Shown: positions 16,424-22,166 of the stretch, piece by piece
Position numbering within the stretch: the stretch's first letter is position 1
Layout of the letters: every line of letters begins with the position of its first letter
Virus record (IMG/VR): IMGVR_UViG_3300044971_003869
DNA length: 22,166 nucleotides
Direction: 5' to 3' (one strand)
Source of the DNA: a virus
Translations under genes and position numbers: made by a program
The notes under the pieces: generated by a model
What the model was told of the DNA's origin: nothing
What the model saw: the letters and a program-made list of their open reading frames with translations, nothing else
Database searches by the model: none

Positions 16424-16429
16424 ATTATA
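16424..16429 (-). promoter_or_regulatory. candidate -10 box TATAAT upstream of the M15 peptidase gene
   Basis: Perfect TATAAT on the minus strand in the 51-nt gap between two minus-strand genes. Confidence 0.4.
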
Positions 16430-16442
16430 GTAACGAATATTA

Positions 16443-17114
16443 TCAAAAAGATGTAGTGAACATCTCCACTGCTTCTGGCTGCTCTTCTGCTACCTTTGGG
16501 TGAATCGTTTCTATTAAAACTAGTGGCTCTCTAGTGAATCTATCAGCCGCAAACCAACCATTGTTTACAGCATCATTTACCAGAATTTCGGCAGCGTGGG
16601 GCTTGATGGCGTATGCGTACGCGCAGTTCATGGATACTATACCTCTAGCCTCGCCTGGGCTAAAACCCATTCTAAAGACAGAATCTTGTATACCATCAGC
16701 ATACTCATCAAAAGTGCCTCTCATGTGCCTTCTTCTGATTGAACCTTCCCAGTCTAAGTGTAGTACATCTTTCCAGATAAAATCATTCCAAGGTCTTAAA
16801 ATTTTTGCGTCGTGCTCCATTATTATAATAGGCTCATTTAAAGATATTGATTTTAACCAAAGATCAAAATGCGATGCGAAGCATCCTATTGTTCCGACTA
16901 CTGTCGTCCATCTATTATATAAATCAAAGTATGGAACTGTAGTATCAGATATGGGCCTAACGTTATGAGACAAAAGGAAATCAGATGACTCTTCGCCACA
17001 GTGCGCATCAAAAACATGTGCTTCGTAGCCGTGAACATTTAAAGACTCAATACAATTATTTGACAATCTAACTGAAGACTCATTGTCTTTTAATGTTATA
17101 ACAAAAGCTTTCAT
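16443..17114 (-). CDS. glycosyltransferase family 25-like protein; start probably 17114 rather than 17129
   Basis: MKAFVITLKDNESSVRLSNN, GTIGCFASHFDLWLK, PIIIMEHDAKIL; TAATG overlap with the upstream gene. Confidence 0.7.
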   Translation of the reverse strand: MKAFVITLKDNESSVRLSNNCIESLNVHGYEAHVFDAHCGEESSDFLLSHNVRPISDTTVPYFDLYNRWTTVVGTIGCFASHFDLWLKSISLNEPIIIMEHDAKILRPWNDFIWKDVLHLDWEGSIRRRHMRGTFDEYADGIQDSVFRMGFSPGEARGIVSMNCAYAYAIKPHAAEILVNDAVNNGWFAADRFTREPLVLIETIHPKVAEEQPEAVEMFTTSF

Positions 17115-17884
17115 TATAAGACTTTCCAATCTTCTGGAATTAAATCTTTTATATCATGATTTAATTTTGGCCCAAACCAAACTTCTGGAACTGTTATTTC
17201 CTTATTTGGATCCTCGTTTAACCATGCGCCCCACCAACTAAATGAACTATTAGCTAAAATGTGTCCATCACATTGAGACATCAGGTACATATCTTCATAG
17301 TTGCTATTCTGTGAAAAAATGAACTTACCCGTATTGAGTAAGTCTAAATTCATACACCATTCAATGTCATCAGAAAAAACAAAACCCAAATCATAGGAAT
17401 CAAATTTTTTAATAGACTGAGCATAATATTCATATGGTGGGATAGGATGGGAATCTGAGTATTGAAGATAATCAGTTCTTCTAAAGTGAATAGAAAAAAT
17501 CTTCATTCCAGTTAATGACTGCATTATTGGAGATACGTGATCTATTATTTCATCTTTAAATATAAAATCTTTTCTTATATCTTCTTCAATGTGTTTAAAG
17601 TATTTTTCAGTTTGAAAATAACCCATTAAGTCTCTATCGTCTATTTTTTCATTAAAAAAATCTTCATCAAAATGATAAAATCTTTCGTTGAATGTTTGTA
17701 GACCCTGTATTGGGTTAATGTGATTTTCTATACTCGGCAGTTTAAATGCTTCGAATAAGCTATGCCCACTTGATGGTATTTGATAATCATTTCCACCATT
17801 TACAGCAATTCCTTTTGTTGCTGCGTATTGAAACATTTGATTTCCAAGACGACCATTTCTACCTAAAGTATTATGAGTCAGCAT
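17114..17884 (-). CDS. alpha-1,2-fucosyltransferase-like glycosyltransferase (GT11)
   Basis: GRLGNQMFQYAATKGIA, FSIHFRRTDYL, YVFSDDIEWC-like GFVFSDDIEWC, ILANSSFSWWGAWLN. Confidence 0.88.
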   Translation of the reverse strand: MLTHNTLGRNGRLGNQMFQYAATKGIAVNGGNDYQIPSSGHSLFEAFKLPSIENHINPIQGLQTFNERFYHFDEDFFNEKIDDRDLMGYFQTEKYFKHIEEDIRKDFIFKDEIIDHVSPIMQSLTGMKIFSIHFRRTDYLQYSDSHPIPPYEYYAQSIKKFDSYDLGFVFSDDIEWCMNLDLLNTGKFIFSQNSNYEDMYLMSQCDGHILANSSFSWWGAWLNEDPNKEITVPEVWFGPKLNHDIKDLIPEDWKVL

Positions 17885-18476
17885 TTCTCTTCCAGTTTTC
17901 CCAAACGTAAGGATACTTCCAGGTTATAGAGTGCGTTTTAGATAATCCTTCTAATATATATGCGTATTCTTCTTCGTAGTTATCTATCATATGAAACTGT
18001 ATCTGAAGATTATCAAAAATACTAATAGTTCCATTGTCTATTAAATCCCTAAGAAGTGGATACTCCGCACCCTCAATGTTTATCTTGACTAGATCTATAT
18101 TATTGATATTTAAATCTTTTATAAAAGACTTCAAATCGATACAGTCTATTTCCATCAAATTATCTTCGTGATAGATGCTAGCTTCGTTATCATCAACACC
18201 AAGGGTTAATTTTCCATCAAACGTCCACGCAGCAACGTTGTGCATATGGACTTTTTCTTGGTCCCACAATCTAGCTTTGCATGAATTAAATAAAGGTGTT
18301 GGTTCAAATACGTGCATAGTGCATTTATACCTATTATAGATAGGGCTACACCAATCTCCAACGCTACCTCCAATATCAAAAACAATAGATTCTTCATTAA
18401 GATCGTAATCTAAACGAAGGGTTGCATCTCCACTGTCTGCGTACCATTGCGTTGAATCTGCTGGTCTAATTTTCAT
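17871..18476 (-). CDS. FkbM-family methyltransferase
   Basis: ESIVFDIGGSVGDW, MHVFEPTPLF, IDLVKINIEGAEYPLLRDL. Confidence 0.85.
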   Translation of the reverse strand: MKIRPADSTQWYADSGDATLRLDYDLNEESIVFDIGGSVGDWCSPIYNRYKCTMHVFEPTPLFNSCKARLWDQEKVHMHNVAAWTFDGKLTLGVDDNEASIYHEDNLMEIDCIDLKSFIKDLNINNIDLVKINIEGAEYPLLRDLIDNGTISIFDNLQIQFHMIDNYEEEYAYILEGLSKTHSITWKYPYVWENWKRNADS

Positions 18477-19447
18477 TTAGCGTTAGCTTTCATCTTGTCA
18501 TAGATCCAAGAATAAGTGCTCTCCATGCCACTACGAAGAGATATGCTAGGCTCCCAATCGAACACTGATTTAAATAAAGTATTGTCACTATTTCTTCCTC
18601 TGACTCCTTGTGGAGCAGAGCTATCATAGATTCTCTTCACTTTGATGCCGGCGATATCTTCAGCTATATCCACTAATTGATTAATGGTAACTAGCTCAGC
18701 ACTACCAATATTTACAGGATCGTGCATGCTGGAGTTCATAAGGCCTATAGTTCCCTTTACACAGTCATCAACATACATAAATGATCTTGTCTGCTCACCG
18801 TCACCCCAAATAACGATCTCATTTTTTCCTGATATTTTAGCTTCTGCTATTTTTCTGGCAATTGCGGCTGGGGCTTTTTCTCTACCGCCAAAGTATGTGC
18901 CATGAGGTCCGTAAACATTATGATATCTAGCTACATGTGTAGCTATTTTATAATCTTCCATAAAGTGTCTGCACATTCTTTCGGAGAAAAGTTTTTCCCA
19001 ACCATATCCATCTTCTGCATCTGCTGGATAGGCGTCTGATTCTTTTAACGCAGTAACATCTGCAGAGTCTTGCTTAGATCCATTATAGACACAAGCTGAA
19101 GAAGTGAATAAGAAGTTCTTAACTCCGTTTTCTTTAGCTGCCATAAGCAGATGCGTATTAATTAGCACGCTTAGCATACACTCTGCTTTATTATTCTCAA
19201 TGAAACCAATTCCACCCATGTCTGCTGATAGGTTGTAAATTTGATCTACACCCTTAGATATATTTAAGCAGTTAAATTCCTTAGACATGTCAGACACTGC
19301 GCTATGAACATTGACACTAGTGTGAATTTGATGCCAATCCGACATAGACTTTTTATCAACTGCGATGATTTGATGTCCTTGCTTAGCGAGTGTGCCAACT
19401 AAGTGTCCACCAATAAATCCGCCTGCTCCAGTTACTAAAATTTTCAT
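18473..19447 (-). CDS. gme: NAD-dependent epimerase, GDP-mannose 3,5-epimerase-like
   Basis: NLSADMGGIGFIENN, KESDAYPADAEDGYGWEKL, NVYGPHGTYFGGREKAPAAIARK, GDGEQTRSF, PQGVRGRNSDN closely resemble plant/bacterial GME. Confidence 0.87.
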   Translation of the reverse strand: MKILVTGAGGFIGGHLVGTLAKQGHQIIAVDKKSMSDWHQIHTSVNVHSAVSDMSKEFNCLNISKGVDQIYNLSADMGGIGFIENNKAECMLSVLINTHLLMAAKENGVKNFLFTSSACVYNGSKQDSADVTALKESDAYPADAEDGYGWEKLFSERMCRHFMEDYKIATHVARYHNVYGPHGTYFGGREKAPAAIARKIAEAKISGKNEIVIWGDGEQTRSFMYVDDCVKGTIGLMNSSMHDPVNIGSAELVTINQLVDIAEDIAGIKVKRIYDSSAPQGVRGRNSDNTLFKSVFDWEPSISLRSGMESTYSWIYDKMKANAK

Positions 19448-20244
19448 GATGTTAAATTCCTATTCTCGTTATGGTTTTCTCTTAGTATAAGATCGAAGTG
19501 TCTATTATACAATATTCTCATGTTCTTATGGTTGGCTTTATACAGCCAATTTGCTACGCCACCAGTAGCTCTTGTGCCACCCCAGGAATAATCTGATTGA
19601 TAATCAATCCAGTAGCATCCTGAAACTTTTCCGTAATCTTTAAATGCCCTATAGGCCAAGTCATGATCATCCATTTCTTGCGGGGAGTATATCTCATCAA
19701 GATAATTTAACTTAACAAGGATTTCGTGATCTATCATTAGGGGGCCACGATTTACTGTACTTCTTACTGCAAAAGTATCTCTATCTATAGAAGATCTATC
19801 TGCGTGGTTTGTGTGATTTAAGATATCACACCAGCAGTCATCTAACTCTTCTTCTAATTCAAGGTGTAAAGATCTTGGATTTATTCTCCAATCATGTGCA
19901 GTTCTTGCGGTGACGGCAAATACATCTTTAAAGGAGAATGGTTTTTCCATTCTTAAATTCCATCCCTTTTCTTTAATTACCATATCATCTTGGATGATAA
20001 TTACTTTGTTACCCTCGGCTGCTTTTAGGCCAATATTATTTGCCTTTGTTTCAAAAACGTCGTCTGCATACTTTATCGTTGTATTACCTTTAGCCAATGA
20101 CTTAACAACCTTTTCGGAGTTATCAGTACAACCGTCCAATACCACTATTACTTCATACAGACCTTCTGTATTGTCGTATATGGAGGTCAGTACTTTATCT
20201 ACAAGCCAATCTTTATTGTGTACTGTTAATACTATGCTATGCAT
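19444..20244 (-). CDS. family 2 glycosyltransferase
   Basis: MHSIVLTVHNKDWLVDKVLTSIYDNTEGLYEVIVVLDGCTDNS; FAVTARTAHDW; ATG overlaps the upstream stop region. Confidence 0.85.
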   Translation of the reverse strand: MHSIVLTVHNKDWLVDKVLTSIYDNTEGLYEVIVVLDGCTDNSEKVVKSLAKGNTTIKYADDVFETKANNIGLKAAEGNKVIIIQDDMVIKEKGWNLRMEKPFSFKDVFAVTARTAHDWRINPRSLHLELEEELDDCWCDILNHTNHADRSSIDRDTFAVRSTVNRGPLMIDHEILVKLNYLDEIYSPQEMDDHDLAYRAFKDYGKVSGCYWIDYQSDYSWGGTRATGGVANWLYKANHKNMRILYNRHFDLILRENHNENRNLTS

Positions 20245-20917
20245 TGGGGAACGTAAACTTTCTATACATCCCTATATCATCATAGGGAAGTCTTCTTCTT
20301 GTAACTATATTGGTCAAAATGCTCTGATCATGCCTATGGTCTTTAAATAAATCATGATTTTGTAAGCCAGAAACATTTTCTGCGTCAGTCAATATTCTAG
20401 CATCCTTGCAGTATTCTAGCCACTCTTGAAGTATCTCTTTAGATTTAATATTAACTGTCCAGTAAGAAACTCCAGCTTCTAACTGTGGAGCGTTCCAGTA
20501 CATCTCACTATCACAATCCATGTATACGAAGCAGTCTTTTTTTGTCCATGTTGCGTTGTGATTCCCATAAGAAATAAATAAGCAGCTTGAATATGTTAAA
20601 TGTGATTCTATCGCTTCAGTTATTGACTGACCATCAACCTCTGAAAAAAATAAGTCTCCACTATCAATATAGAATACTACATCTCCATCTTTGGCTTTAT
20701 TCATTGCGTCAAGAATAATGTAAGGCTTCCATAGCCAGTATCCTAATCCTCTTGGCTGATCCAGTATGGATTTATTTTGTTCATAAAATTCTGTTTTTTT
20801 TAACCAATCATGAGTATAAGAATGGCAGACAAACCCAATACTCTTACCTTGTTCGGAAAGCGCATCTTGTTTTTGTTTGAATTTTTCATCCGCAAATGTA
20901 ACTAAGTGCCAAGTCAT
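20237..20917 (-). CDS. putative glycosyltransferase-like protein (226 aa)
   Basis: RGLGYWLWKPYIILDAM...DGDVVFYIDSGD (GYWxWKP and a DxD-like region); sits in the glycan cassette. Confidence 0.65.
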   Translation of the reverse strand: MTWHLVTFADEKFKQKQDALSEQGKSIGFVCHSYTHDWLKKTEFYEQNKSILDQPRGLGYWLWKPYIILDAMNKAKDGDVVFYIDSGDLFFSEVDGQSITEAIESHLTYSSCLFISYGNHNATWTKKDCFVYMDCDSEMYWNAPQLEAGVSYWTVNIKSKEILQEWLEYCKDARILTDAENVSGLQNHDLFKDHRHDQSILTNIVTRRRLPYDDIGMYRKFTFPNA

Positions 20918-20920
20918 TAT

Positions 20921-21508
20921 CTACTCATTATTCGCTATAAAATAACAACAGTCTGCTAAGTGAAAGATCGTAATTGTTCCACCTACATACAATTTTATGT
21001 CAGTATTTGGAAAATGTTTTTTAAATAGATCTAAAGTTAATGAATGTGGATGGCACTCGTTGATATCAGTATTGATTGGCTCAAATACTCTTACTTTTTT
21101 TGCTACTTTCTTAGACTTCTCTAAGCAAAGTTCTGGATCTATGGTGTGCTGTAAGAAGTTAATGAACCATACTTCATCAAAAACTTCATCAGAATCCCAT
21201 TCTTCAAATGGCTTAGTAAACGGGACTATGTTATATTGATTCCAGTGATTCTTTATTTCATCAGTGAAGTTGTCATATAAAGGTTCTACTCCAACTGTTG
21301 TGCCAGCTCCAGCAATAGCAGCCAGTGGGTAAGGACCACATCCAACTTCCAATATCTTTTTTCCAGATATATCTAAAATACTATCTTCAAAAAAATCAAA
21401 ATAAAAGTTTAAAAACCTATTTGCTTCTTCTATATTTGTCGACAATGCGTGAACATCTAACTCTGCTTTTTGAGCTTGGTTCCATCTATCTTGTGTTATC
21501 TTTTCCAT
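20921..21508 (-). CDS. class I SAM-dependent methyltransferase
   Basis: GKKILEVGCGPYPLAAIAGAGTTVGVEPL. Confidence 0.82.
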   Translation of the reverse strand: MEKITQDRWNQAQKAELDVHALSTNIEEANRFLNFYFDFFEDSILDISGKKILEVGCGPYPLAAIAGAGTTVGVEPLYDNFTDEIKNHWNQYNIVPFTKPFEEWDSDEVFDEVWFINFLQHTIDPELCLEKSKKVAKKVRVFEPINTDINECHPHSLTLDLFKKHFPNTDIKLYVGGTITIFHLADCCYFIANNE

Positions 21509-22166
21509 TAAAACAAACTTTCTATTTTATTAAGGAATTCTTGAGCTACATGATAGTAGGTTCCTTTTTCCTTTGCGTACTTTATTCCAAGAACTTGCTT
21601 TGCTAGTCTTTCTTTTTCATTTTTTGAATAAAGTTCTACTGCAGATTCTAAATGATCATAATTCTCCACGTATACCACAACCCCATCAGTAGCTTCTTCC
21701 GCCACTTTACAGTCCGATACTACAACACATCCGTATGCTAGCCCTTCAAATATTCTTTCAGTAGGAAGACCTAGCTTAGCATTTGAATCTGAGTTAAAAC
21801 CAAGTGATATCTTAGAAGATAAAAATCCGTTGTTAATTCTAGATTCTTCATCTAGTGTTGGCCAATAATAATGTACAAAGCAGTTGTATTTTTGAGAGAG
21901 TTGGTTAGTCCATTCCTCTTTATATCTAGCACCTACATAACCACAATCATATATATTGTTTCTTTTTTCCATTAAAGAATCTATTTCAAATGGATTAATA
22001 TCTGCAGAAAATGGTAACTTTACATAATTCTCTAAACCGGTGTACCAATCAATTAGGCCACCCCAATGGTTTCTTAAATCATCAGTAATATTTCTGTAAT
22101 GTTCACCAGTAAAGATATATTTTTTAAATGGAAAATCTATAGATTTGTCTAAATAATTTAACTTAT
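21508..22166 (-). CDS. glycosyltransferase C-terminal region (GT4/CgeB-like), truncated by the window edge
   Basis: The tracked ORF starts at 21972, but the frame stays open to the edge (...KLNYLDKSIDFPFKKYIFTGEHYRNITDDLRNHWGGLIDWYTGLENYVKLPFSADINPFEIDSLMEKRNNIYDCGYVG...); GLPTERIFEGLAYGCVVVSD is a GT-B donor-site-like motif. Confidence 0.7.
   Translation of the reverse strand, partial: KLNYLDKSIDFPFKKYIFTGEHYRNITDDLRNHWGGLIDWYTGLENYVKLPFSADINPFEIDSLMEKRNNIYDCGYVGARYKEEWTNQLSQKYNCFVHYYWPTLDEESRINNGFLSSKISLGFNSDSNAKLGLPTERIFEGLAYGCVVVSDCKVAEEATDGVVVYVENYDHLESAVELYSKNEKERLAKQVLGIKYAKEKGTYYHVAQEFLNKIESLF

Noticed and set aside
16534-20350. Plus-strand ORFs 16534-16968, 18206-18397, 18684-18905, 19910-20350
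   Set aside because: All antisense to recognisable enzymes in the glycan cassette.

Overview
The window looks like part of an AT-rich tailed-phage genome. The gene style (GGAGG-led starts, possible leaderless starts, r1t-holin-like protein, M15 endolysin-like protein) hints at an actinobacterial host, but that is inference. Contents: (1) plus-strand small genes, two with Cys-rich or zinc-ribbon motifs; (2) a tRNA-Gly(TCC) with encoded CCA; (3) a dTDP-glucose 4,6-dehydratase-like SDR; (4) a HELTH metallopeptidase-like protein and a possible ADP-ribosyltransferase-like protein, both on the minus strand; (5) a 2OG-Fe(II) oxygenase; (6) a minus-strand tail-fibre block in which two proteins share a C-terminal module and an FN3/Gly-rich protein carries a frameshift; (7) a holin/M15-peptidase region around an 807-aa secreted, mucin-like, repeat-containing protein with a nested holin-like start; (8) an overlapping, co-directional glycan cassette (GT25-like, GT11 fucosyltransferase-like, FkbM methyltransferase, GDP-mannose 3,5-epimerase-like, GT2, GT-like, SAM methyltransferase, truncated GT). 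The most interesting points are the 807-aa protein with its leader and nested gene, the epimerase plus fucosyltransferase pairing, the ART-like ORF, and a recurrent RTTACTAT motif in intergenic gaps. All family calls come from reading motifs by eye; no database search was run.
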